DNA of 64,000 nucleotides from Enoplolaimus lenunculus (Eukaryota): NCBI GenBank assembly GCA_030248215.1, contig JASANG010002537.1, positions 434,001 to 498,000 of the forward strand, read 5' to 3'. Shown piece by piece: positions 53,080 to 64,000 of this stretch (position 1 is its first letter; each line of letters starts with the position of its first letter). The notes under the pieces were generated by a model. It saw only the letters and a program-made list of their open reading frames with translations, ran no database searches and was not told where the DNA came from. The position numbers and the translations under genes were made by a program.

Positions 53080-53752
53080 ACAGCAAATTATACAGTTGTA
53101 TCGTACGTTCCCTAAAATCTAACAAATCTAACCTTAAACCTAAATCTAAGCGAAAATGTAAGCCTAAGCCTAATCTAAAGTACAAACTTAAAGGACGCAG
53201 CCAACAGTAAGCCTGGAAAAGAAAGAAGGCCAAGAGCACACGTCTGCGTTTGGACGTTTTTAGGGTTGGGTATTTCTATCTATAGAGGGCTAAAAGGCAT
53301 GTCTTTGGCGACATGGATGTGACCAGTTTCTCGTAGTCATTCTCTGTGAAAGCTTATCCAAGCTAGCGAAGGGTTATATCAAAATCAAATGCAACCGTTT
53401 TTGGGCTGATGTTATTTATAGGGGCCGGTAATCTAAGACACAGGGAGTCAGAGGTGACTTTGAAACTGTGAGATTTGGGTTTAGGCTTATGTTTATGTCT
53501 AGGTTTACGCTCATGTGTATGCGTAAGTTTAGGTTATCCTTAAACTTTGTCTTAGCGATCAGACCCTTATAAGTAACATGGAAGTAACATAGGTTATCGT
53601 TTGTATATTTTGCAAATATTCTGTTCCGTGTGTGCATTAAAACTAAGCGTGCCTAAAAGAAATATCTCTATAATCATGGTGGAAGTCTGCAACAAATTAA
53701 ATTACTATGGAACAGTACAACTGGACGCGAACTTTTGACGATTATGAAAGCG

Positions 53753-54046
53753 ATAGTGCATCGTTCACAAGAAAAAATTTCATTTTGCCACCGAAAGCAC
53801 TAAAAGGTGCGGTTAACGTGGGCAATTTTGAAAATTGTCATACGTTAACCCTACCCTAACGTAAACTTGCGGCAATCCTACTCATCTACGTGTAACAGAG
53901 CATTTTGTAACACGCGTTGAGGTAGGGTAAACGCAATTTTTACGTTATGGTAGGATTCACGCATGACAAGTTTTGAAATTTAACACGTGGTAACCCTACA
54001 TTAGTGTTTGCGGTGGCAAATTTTTATTGTGAACGATGCATAACTA
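53753..54046. repeat. ~290-bp imperfect palindrome (foldback MITE)
   Basis: tgcatcgttcacaa...tttgccaccgaaagcactaa mirrors ttagtgtttgcggtggcaaa...ttgtgaacgatgca. Confidence 0.75.
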
Positions 54047-54119
54047 TTAACAGTGTGCTCGAGGACTTTCCACATGCCCTCAATAACCTACGTTGAACAA
54101 TTTTAGCTCTATTAACACC

Positions 54120-54340
54120 GGCCCGTATTCTCAAATGTGTGTAGCACTCGTCGCCAGTTGGTGATAGGTTCTGTAACTTTGGAACCAACGAACGGTGAGG
54201 TTCGAAATTCAGCACATTGTTTGCGTTTGATTTATACTACTCTTGTACCAGTTAAGATAACTGCAGTTGCAGATGTTCGTCAGTTTGAAAACGTATCGCT
54301 GACTGATGATAGGTGCTATACGCATTTGAGAATATGGACC
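54120..54340. mobile_element. Harbinger-like MITE; relatives at ~60251-60470, ~8631-8854 and reversed at ~6039-6310
   Basis: TIR ggcccgtattctcaaatg / catttgagaatatggacc; the internal sequence is shared among four copies. Confidence 0.7.
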
Positions 54341-54907
54341 TAGGTTTTGAAACAAGGTGCCTAGAAATTTTTAAAGTTTAAACTTAAATGAAACTTTGCT
54401 CATGCTCAATGTATAAACTACCACAATTACAATCATTCATATGTTCCAATGACTTTGTACTGAGCTAAGTGTGATTGAGAAAGATTGACGTTAAAATGAA
54501 AACTTGCTAACAGTACAAAAATACATATATACTTTAAAATATTATATATCCATTGTATCAAAACATACATATATACAACATTGCTAATAAATTACGTTTG
54601 CCAGCCAAAACTGGCAGAAACGGTAAAACCAGAGGTCTGCCTCCACATCCGGGAGCAAATCAACCTCCGGCTCCGGTATAACGTTTGTCGGAGATCCCGG
54701 CAATTTCCGTTGCAAAATTTTCCTTAGCTTTACAAGAATTCTATTGTTCAGCGAATTTGGTGTTAATTTCGGCACAATTTCAATAGAAATTTGTGGGGTT
54801 TAGGGGAACGTGTTTCAATAGCATTCTATTTTCGCCACTTTTATTCATTAATTTCCTTGGCTTTTTGTATATTTTTAGGTTGAACCATCAATCACGTAAC
54901 GGAAAGT

Positions 54908-57900
54908 TTATACAGCAAGTTCACACCAGCTATCTGACTCTACGCTGCCGTCCCAACTTGCATCTCCGTCTTTGTTCTTTTTATCTTTATCATTTTTGCA
55001 AAGTTCGTAATTTCTTGTCCACAAATTCCCGTTTTGCGCATTGCTGTCTACCGTTTTCAGTGCGTCACCAGTAAGATGGTCTATCTTGGTATCATTTTTA
55101 TTCCTTTGTTGACTAGCTAAGTAATTGTTCGTTGTTTCGGTAAAACATCTAGCAATGGGTTGTTGTTGGTCAGTTGTTTTATCTTCGATTAACGCTACCG
55201 AAATTGTGCTCGGAGAATCAACACGATTTAGACCATCAATGCTCAGGCGAAGGGAAGAACTTGCTGATATTTGATCATCTGCAGTTGAAGCCGATAACTT
55301 TTGAGCAGAGTTATGCCAGTCGCTAAGCTCTGACGCTGAGCTCGAACCAGATAAGCTGAGGACGCTGTCACTCGGATGGGAGCTACCTTGTATTGAATGA
55401 CTTGGACAGAATTGAGATAATTCAGGTTTGCGTAGAGCGTTATAATTTGTTCCGGCAAACTTTACCGTTCCGGCAGCTGTAGAAGTTGTTTTCTTCATTA
55501 TACCACTTTTCGCCGTTAGCTCTGTTGTTTTCATTGGCTTTGCATTTGCAAAATTGTCGATTTGTGTGTCTTCGAATTGCTTATCTTGGTTATTGAGAAC
55601 TTTATTCGTCGCGTCGGAATTTGATATGACACCACTGATTTTTATTTCGTGGGGTTTGGCAAAACCGCACTGGTTATTAGGTTGTGATATACCTGTTTGT
55701 GAGCTGTAGGATGCTTTCTTTGGTTTCGATGTTAATTTACTTGCTGGATAATATTGATTTTGACTGAAGTCGCTGGTGTGAGGAGATAGGGGCTTTATGG
55801 TCCTAAAATTATCAATATATGAAGATTCAATTACTCAAATTAACCCCGCACATACTCATGTGTGTTTGTGTTTTGCGCCAATTAACAGCAGGGTTTTTAT
55901 AGTTTCCCGCACAGAGTACATATACAACGAGAAGCTAATTGCAAATTGTGTACGTCCATGCGAATTAAGCTGTTGTAAACGCTTTAGAGCTTAAATGGTA
56001 AAGTCTAGAATCCGATCATCACTTCTACGAATAAAAGTATCAAAAAAACTAACTTACGCATACTCAGAAGCGCTAGTTGCCGTAGTTGTACCAGCGTCCG
56101 AAGAATTGGTACCGAACGAAACGCGTTTTCTCACCGGTTCCCGAAAATACTGGTCTGGTGCAGAAAGTTTCGCTGCGAGCGATGATTTTGGTTTTCCAGC
56201 GTGATTAGTTTTTTCCGCGGAATTTTGGTAGCTAGCTTTTGGTTTATAAGGATTGTCGTCTTTAGGTAGTGATTGGGTAACTTTGAGTCTTGGTTTAGGA
56301 ACTGGTTCGTTACGCTGACAACCAAGTGGCGATTGGGGTGCTTGAGAAATGTGAGGGTTGTGGTTGACTTCAACGTAGATTGCAATATCGTCGGTTATTG
56401 ATGGTTTGCGATTGCAAGTGCTATTTTGAGTTGAGTTGCTCAAATTGACCCCTTCATTTTGAGAATTCTTTTGTACAGAACCATTGGCGTGATGATGGGG
56501 GGTGGTAGGGTAAGAAATATAAGCTTTGTCGTTGTGTTGTTGGGTGGATTTAGTTTGTTGTCGTTGTTGTGCTTGTTTTTGAGCCAAGAACGCGTTTAAA
56601 CTATCGCTTGAAAGGAGTCGTAGAAGTTGTTTGTCTGGAGACTTAATGTGACCGTTTTCTGTAGTACGGTTAGGCGATCCTTGAAGAGATATGTTCTTGA
56701 GTTGAGGAACCTGTGCGTATTGAACTTGATCTGTGTTAATCAATAGCTTCTCAGATGATTTTGATACCGTAAGCTTGCTTCTGTTGTCTAAAATGAAACT
56801 TCAACTGCTCGTAAATAATGTATCAGTCACACTCTGTTGCGTGTTATCTAGCACATCACAGCTCGCCTCTAACATAATGTAGCTTAATTTTATTCAGTGT
56901 AGTACTTCGTTTGAATCGGAATGAGTTTCGTTTTGAATGAAAACTTTTTTTGCTCTTTGACAACTTTTACAGTGCAGCAAACAGCCATTAAGGTACCACA
57001 TTGGCGTTCCAGCGCCGTTTGGCCTGCGAAAACCACGCATCAATCGTAAATATATAAATATACTTGGTATCTACATGCTTATAGGCAGGAAAAGCCAAAA
57101 ATATAAGACGAACCTATATTGCAAGTGACTTACAAAAGCGGCGAAAACTTTCATGTTGGTGAAATTATTTTTTGAGGGATCAAACTTGTTTTCCTAGGCT
57201 TCATTGTAACTGCGGGAAAACGTCTCTGCCTTTTACCGGTGTCAAATCCGCGATTGTTGACGGCGATTCTTCTTGACAATTCAGCACTTCGGCGAGCACG
57301 TCTTTCACGAATACTTCCGGCAACTCGTCGAATTGAGCGTCGACCAACGTCCACTGTAACTTCGTACGCTTTTTGAAATCGAGGGCACAAGTTAAGCACC
57401 AATGTGACGGTAATTATTGTACCAATGATTAGCCCGATTCCAATGAGAATGACCAGATACGGACCGGACACGAATTTAAATTTAGGAGCCGGGGCTGAAA
57501 ACAGAAAGTCGATTTTTTTCAACACATAAAATAAAGTGGCGATTAAACGTGACTATTTTAAATTCAGGTTAAGATATTAGTGAGGACTATTGCACAGTTT
57601 CCGCCTCCCACAAGTTGAAGATTATTTTTAGGTTTACAATTAGAGTTAGGTTTACGATTCCGAAAATGCTTAAGCTTTACGCTCAGGTTTAGAATTAGGG
57701 TTAGGTTTAGGTTTCAGAAAAATACTTACCAAATCCTAAGCGTATACTTTTGCTTAAAGCTTTTACCCAAGCCTAAGCCTAAGCTTGAACTTAAAATCTG
57801 AATGGAAAGTGTACGTACATAAGCTGTTTGTTAGTATAGGAGTTTTGAGTGGTGTTTAGAATAACGTTTAATTAAGTCCAACTAAGTGGCACTGCACCGT

Positions 57901-60900
57901 AGTTCAATAGCTCAGGCCCTGGATTGCGAAATCCGCACATGAGAACCGCTACGCTATACGATATAAACTTTGTCCATGCTACATCTTATTTAAATTAAAA
58001 AGTAGAATTAAATTACGTTCAACACAATCTTCTTCGTCATCCTTAAAGATACAATCCGGACGTCCGTCGCATACTAAATTGTGTGGAATACACGTTTCGT
58101 CGCGGCAACTGTAATATTTAGCATTTGATTTGCTGCAATCAGGATTTCTTGAACCTTAAAATATATAATTTGTAATGTGGAAACTGTTTACGTGGGAACG
58201 TATTTAAGCTTCAGGTATCAGGATTTGAACGGATTAGTATGTAAATACCGGAAACAGAAACGGATAGTGATCAAAATGAAACAGAACTAGAATATTTATG
58301 TATATAGTAAAACGTTAGAATGTGTTTTATTTTTCTGTCAATACAATTGAGGAGCTATGGAAATATTCGTTCGGTTTTGCCAAAGTTTACACAAGTAATA
58401 TCGGTTGTACTTTATAATTTTACAATTGGAAATGATGAAAATTCATAGATTCACCGCAGAGAAATTCTATTCAGAACGATGTCATTTGTACAATGCTATT
58501 GTGTTTAGATGCTGATGATAAATATTTACAGCATTGTTTTGTCCGCTATCACGACAATTCGTCGACCGATAACTTGTAATCCGAAATTTCATTGACTCGA
58601 CAATTCGTCGCTCATCGTTATGCGAAGACTTAAGCTTAGGCTACAATGACGCTTGATATTAAGCTTAGATTTATTAATAGGCTAACGATACTGTTGGGCG
58701 ACAAGTTGTCGAGCGGCGAATTGTCGTAGATTCTTTTTGTTCTGTAAATTCGTCAACCACGGTCAAACAAACGCGTCCTATGTCGGTGTTATTAGAAGTG
58801 AAGGAGATTACTCTCCTGTTCTATCGCCTTTACCGAGAAACAACTGAATTTCAATTTTCAATATAGAATTGGCAAACAAGAATGCGGTATATAGGGAACT
58901 GCGCCCCCAATTCCGGTTTCGATCCACCCCGCGGTCAGTGTTCCATGCTTACCTGAAGTAAACACCGAATAAGCAAGCTTAATTGAAGTTTTGTACGCAA
59001 ACGAACGCTGAATAAATATTCTAACGATTGCAATGGATGACGGAATAATCAAATTAGTCGCAGTCATACCGCAGTACTGCGTTATGCGTCGACTTCCCGC
59101 AGTATTGGTATGGTAGACAGCGAGAAAGTTGTGACTACAGTCGTTTGGTGACCCAAGATTAAATTCTTCGAAGAATAGGCGAATCTAAAATTGGAGTTAA
59201 ACTACGGTCAGATAGAGTTCATCCGGCGCCTGCAGCCAGAAAAGCACCAGAGCAGCTCAGCCTTCCAGTTAAAGTCTTGGTCCGATAAATCCGTCTTGCC
59301 TACCCCGTTCTTAAACTTGTTTGGCCTCCTAAGTTGTTGAGCTGGTTACGAACCTGAGCTTTATAAAACAGGACTTATTTGCACCTGCCATGCACGGGTG
59401 AAACAAATTTGGACGCTATACATAACTAACATGTTCGGCGACCTCTACATGGTGGGAAAATTATGTACTAACATGTTCGGCGACCTCTATATGGTGGGAA
59501 AATTATGTACTAACATGTTCGGCGACTTCTACATGGTGGGAAAATTATGTACTAACATGTTCGGCGAAATATGTACAAAAATTTCAAAATCCGACAACTT
59601 TTGGGCAAACGCGGGCTAGGGGGAAATAACCGAAAAGACCCGTCATAAGAGTAGTATAGGCTTATTCCTAAGCTTAAACTTGAACTAAGCGCACGGATAA
59701 GTGTAACTAAGTCTAAAACCAAGCACGAAAATATTCTAAAGTTTAAGTTTATACTATTGTAGTCACACGGAAAAAACGTTCCGCCCCTGATCAATACATA
59801 TGCAAAATAAAACTTGTTTCACGCCGCTAACATTTACGAATCTGGCATTACATTTTGGCTATACCTGAAATCCTTTACGTTGAGTTTCGATTTTCCATAA
59901 GCAATCAAAGTTAGAATTTGAGCTGTTATCAATCAAATTCCACAGATGCGTTCCAATGGAAGTGCTGATTAAACCGCTGTCGTCATTTTCAGTGACATTG
60001 CACGCTAAAATTATCCACACAGTACAAGAATGCAAATGATTTTGTAGCTTATGAATAGTACCAATTCAAATGGGACTAAAACTAAAAGTCCTGGTATTAC
60101 AAACGGATGAGCATCAGATATTTTTCGTAACAAATGTTCTGCAATTTTACCCAAAGTTCAACAAAATGTTTTATGCTCGGGCGAAATGTAGCTTTTTAAA
60201 ACGGCCTAAAGGCCGTCTGTTTTAATGAAATTAAATTTTAGGGGTCACAAGCCGTATTCCCAAACATGAGTAGGACCTATCGCCAGTTGGTGATAAGCCC
60301 TGTAACTTTGGAACCAGCGCATGGTGAGCTTCAAAATTCAGCCACACTGTTCGCGTTTGATTTGACCTACTTTTGTACCAATTTTAAGATCTGCAACTGC
60401 AGATATTCGTCAGTTTGAAAACCAATCGCTCATTGATGATAGGTGCTATACGCATTTGAGAATATGAGCCCAGATTTTAATACAATCTGTTTTCCTTGAA
60501 TGTTTGCTCTGGTGACAGTTTGTTTTTGGCTTCGCTATCTTCAACAATAATTTGTTGCAGAAGTTTAGGGAAAAAATGCAGCACATGTTTTTGGTCCAAG
60601 AAAGTAGGCTCCCAAACCCAAATCGGTTACTTACATTGTGCCGTATACGGAGACACTGATTGCTTTGTGGTATCTAAAGTTAATTTAAAAAATCAGTAAG
60701 GATAAACGAATCATGGAATAGAAAACTTCGAAATATCGCAATATGTTTCTATTTAGTCTACCTTCATTCTGTGCGTTTACTATCTAGCGATACGTGCTAC
60801 ACAGTTGAAAATACGTATCGGGGTATATCAAGAAAGGATGGGATACTTCCAAAACGGGACCATCCAGAAGTAACGTGTTTGATGCAATTTGAAGCTATTC

Positions 60901-63720
60901 CCAAAAACAGAATCTTGTATATAATAAAAGTTAGATGCGGAGCTAGCTGTTCTTTTTGATCTGTGCTCGTTTGACCGTGCTGTATATATAGAAAGCCGCT
61001 ATACAGTTATATTATTGAAAATCCGGGTCTTTTTCATTTTCCGCCGCAGCATGCGTTTGCCGAAAAATGGTTCGATTTGAAAATTTTTGCATATTTAAGC
61101 TTCTCATGACCTCCTTTGTTCATTCCACGCCTAAATTTGAATTTTTGAAAAATTCGATTTTTAAGATCCCAAGGACCCCCGTTGGAACCCAAAAACCATA
61201 AATTGTTTGTCAAAAAGTTTGACATTTCATATAACATTCAATGTAGCCAGCGAAGCTGAGTGCAATGGTGTTGAATTTTTCGCAATCAGATGATTGGTTA
61301 ACGAGTTATTGTCAAATAACTGATTTATCGCGCTGCCAACGATTTGGGTCGGCTCCAAATAAGTTATTTGACCATCATTCGTCAAGCAATCGCCTGATTG
61401 CGAAAGATTTAACGCCATTCGACTCAAATTCGCGATCTACATCGAATGGTATATAATTTGTGAAATTCTTTGACAAATAAACATATTTCGGTCCCCTATG
61501 GGAGAGCCCTTGACACCTTAAAAATGGAATTTTTCGAAAATTCAAATTTAATCGTCAAACGATCAGGGAAGATCATGAGAAGCTCAAATATGCAAAAAAT
61601 ATTTAAATCCAGCATTTTTTGGGTAAACAACGGCTGGGGCGGATAACGCAAAAGACCTGAAAATCTATCGTAAAACAAGATTATCCACAAAAAATTGTAT
61701 CTGGAGGGTCGCAAAACAACCTTAACTGGGCGTAAAACCATTTGAATTTCACAGAATGTAAGAAAGTAGACATCTTTTAAACTTGTCTCACCTATTGAAG
61801 CATCAGTTGAAAGTTTAATTCGTTCAAAGGAATATCGAGCTTTGAATCCGCCATAACGAAGAATTCCGTCCGTTTTAAATCGCAGCCACATTGCGCCTGA
61901 TTTCGCAGTGAGGCGCTCAGGAAAATGATTGCCACAGTATTTTCCATAGTTTAAAGGTGGCGAAAATCCATATGGTCCATCTCTAACCTGAAACACTATA
62001 TTAACTAATTTGTCATAATCGGCAATTTTTCAGTTGAGTAGCGGTTAAACATCCTACTAGAAATGTTACTTTTATCCGGTATCACGACAATTCGCTGCTC
62101 TACTGACAACTTGTAATTCGAAATTTTGTCTACTTATGTCTAAACTTAGGGAGCTGTGTATGGTGACGAACGGCACCGTACAGGGGACGAACGGGACGTC
62201 ATCAAAAGTATAGCGTTACCCTATGTCCAAACGCAAATATTAGTCTACAGTTTTATAATCATTCACCATTCTATTATCAGTTTCAAGCGAAAATGTAGGG
62301 CGATAAAAGTAGCCTGAGCTGTGAAACGCTACTTTTGTCACTGTGGCCTATAATGATGCACTTTTAATACAAGTTTGATAGTGTTTGCTTCGTAATTATT
62401 CGTGTGTTGTAGATTAAAAATTAAACGACAGATTAAATCACATCAAGAGCAGGGTGCTGACAACAATTAGCAGGAGTTCATAGGTTGGAGCCCCACGAAA
62501 AATAATGAATGCAATAAATGCATAGAAAAAATATAAGAACGTACAATACCAATAAATTCTAACGCTGACAGCATCACAATGTCGTTTCGCAGGCATTCGA
62601 CTGAGGCCATTCGACTCGAAATATTTTTATTTAACGAAATATTTTGATATAAACAATGGGGGTTTTAGAGCGTTCAATGAATTCGCCCCAAACTTCGCCC
62701 CTGTATGAATCAAGCGGTTTCGAAAATGTTTCCTTTCAAACTGGGCAGATATCAGCGTTATGCGTTCTGTTTTATGCAATTTTTTCCGTAATACAGACCT
62801 CCAAATAATCATAGCTACACTGGCCGCCGCGATTATCGGCTTCAAGCTCAAATTTCTCTGTAAAATCCACATGGATCAAGTGATTTCGTGTCGGAGCGTA
62901 TATGACCTAAAAACAAAGGGCACATGCTAAAACTATTTGAGTCACTTTTTAGATAAATCGTAAATGAAAAAATTCAAAAATATACGTGAATTTCTAAACG
63001 ACAACGCCTAAAAGTTGTAACCAAACTCTGGCTTCGCTCCAAAATGGCACGCTGTGCCCGATGCGTTCCTTCTTTTAATTTTTAAATTAGAACAGAATAG
63101 CATATAAAATTTACATCAGCCAAGCATAGATTATGCACTGTAAATTTCAGTGAGTTGATTTTAACTCAGAATGAGTTGAATCACTCAGTCTGCGTTAGGA
63201 CTTTCAGAACTCAGAAATTTTAGTTGATTCAATTCATTCTGAGTCAGTGAATCAACACCCTCAGAGTTAGCTCAACTCAGAGTGTGAGTCAATTAAACTC
63301 AGAGTGAGTTAATGTTTACTGATATTAATTCAGAAATAACCAACTCGCTAGCTGAATTGATTAATCAACTCATTGGAATGTGCAGTGTGCATCTCAACGC
63401 ATTGGACTTCAGGACCGGGTAAAGGTAGCGTTACAACCTTAAACAAATAGGGTCGATACAAAGGAATATCCACCTAAAATCAGATTTTCGTCTCACCTTG
63501 ATACAGTCAACATTATCCGGATAGTATTGAGGATATCTTGGCGTGGTAAATGTTTGATTATTATTGTAATCGTACGAAAACGTTCCACATACGTCAAGTT
63601 TGGTCACAATTGACTGAATGCCTTGTGACAAATCGTTCACTGTTTTGGCGTCATTGAGCGGATCGACTGATTCTAACGCTGCTTGTGCCAAGCCGCCTTC
63701 GTCCGAAACAACAAAAAATG
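54908..63720 (-). CDS. neto: NETO/SOL-2-like type I membrane protein (CUB-CUB-LDLa-TM-long tail); 5' exon(s) beyond the window
   Basis: Exons 63497-63720, 62799-62906, 61792-61987, 60635-60673, 59865-60004, 58953-59184, 58017-58154, 57237-57494, 56058-56787 and 54908-55802 are phase-consistent. CUB1: FTTPRYPQYYPDNVDC...CSYDYLEVRDGPYGFSP...YCG...MWLRFKTD...GFKARYSF. CUB2: DCLWKI...PNDCSHNFLAVY...YCG. LDLa: CRDETCIPHNLVCDGRPDCIFKDDEEDC. TM: YLVILIGIGLIIGTIITVTLVL. Confidence 0.9.
59425..59567. repeat. 42-bp tandem minisatellite, ~3.4 copies
   Basis: Unit actaacatgttcggcgacctctacatggtgggaaaattatgt at 59425, 59467, 59509 and (partial) 59551. Confidence 0.95.
61020..61660. repeat. ~640-bp imperfect foldback element in a NETO intron
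   Basis: 61264-61326 mirrors 61357-61419; ~61132-61215 mirrors ~61465-61549; ~61027-61115 mirrors ~61565-61657. Confidence 0.75.
63136..63387. mobile_element. CACTG-terminated palindromic MITE with 2-bp TG flanks
   Basis: tg|cactgtaaatttcagtgagttgatt ... aatcaactcattggaatgtgcagtg|tg; repeated AACTCAG/TGAGTT motifs. Confidence 0.65.
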
Positions 63721-63886
63721 CTGAAAAAAACAGAAACTGGATGCTAAATTTTAATGCGATTTGATTACAAACGTTTAAATTAACTTTTATCAGTAATTAT
63801 ACAAGCATAAGACAGCAGCAAATACTGCGAAACAGGCGGTATAACGTAAGACTCTTTACAGAAAATCAGTCATCGCAAAATATTAA

Positions 63887-64000
63887 CCCTTTCTCACATG
63901 AATATTTTCTATTTCATCGAGACCTACTTTTATGCTAGGATTCGAACTCCAGTGACTGGAGTGGGAGGCGTATACCATCACCACTCAGCTATAGGAGCTG
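63887..64000 (-). mobile_element. Third copy of the piggyBac-like tRNA-bearing MITE, cut by the window edge
   Basis: TTAA|ccctttctcacatgaatattttctatt... is the reverse complement of the 3' half of 40490-40752. Confidence 0.85.

Noticed and set aside
59425..59567. 42-bp repeats as a CRISPR array
   Set aside because: Head-to-tail near-identical units with no unique spacers, no cas genes, and a eukaryotic intron context.
1..64000. Autonomous transposase, reverse transcriptase, viral or horizontally acquired bacterial gene
   Set aside because: No long intronless ORF with DDE, RT, Rep/helicase or bacterial features; all long ORFs are explained by the spliced host genes or by repeats.

Overview
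AT-rich, intron-rich eukaryotic genomic DNA, almost certainly from a nematode. The evidence is TTAGGC telomere-type repeats, TTTCAG/TTTTAG acceptors, an innexin and an astacin-ShK gene; ~1-kb introns full of MITEs hint at a large-genome, possibly clade I species (inference). I reconstructed six spliced genes by hand: an astacin metalloprotease with two ShK domains (+), a damaged spartin-like fragment nested antisense within it (-), a claudin-superfamily gene (-), a 14-exon SLC23/NAT transporter (+), an innexin (+) and a CUB-CUB-LDLa-TM NETO/SOL-2-like gene (-, 5' end outside the window). Non-coding DNA is dense with non-autonomous DNA transposons; I recognised no transposase ORF and no prokaryotic system or CRISPR. 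The most notable observations are: (i) an abundant Merlin-type MITE family (8-bp TSDs) that disperses telomeric TTAGGC tracts; (ii) two unrelated TIR families (piggyBac-like, Ginger-like) that each carry a tRNA-like Pol III cassette; (iii) a furin-type RKRR site poised to release a very basic 36-aa ShK toxin-like peptide from the astacin; (iv) two near-identical Helitron-like 3' ends in inverted orientation. All calls come from reading the sequence; no database search was run.
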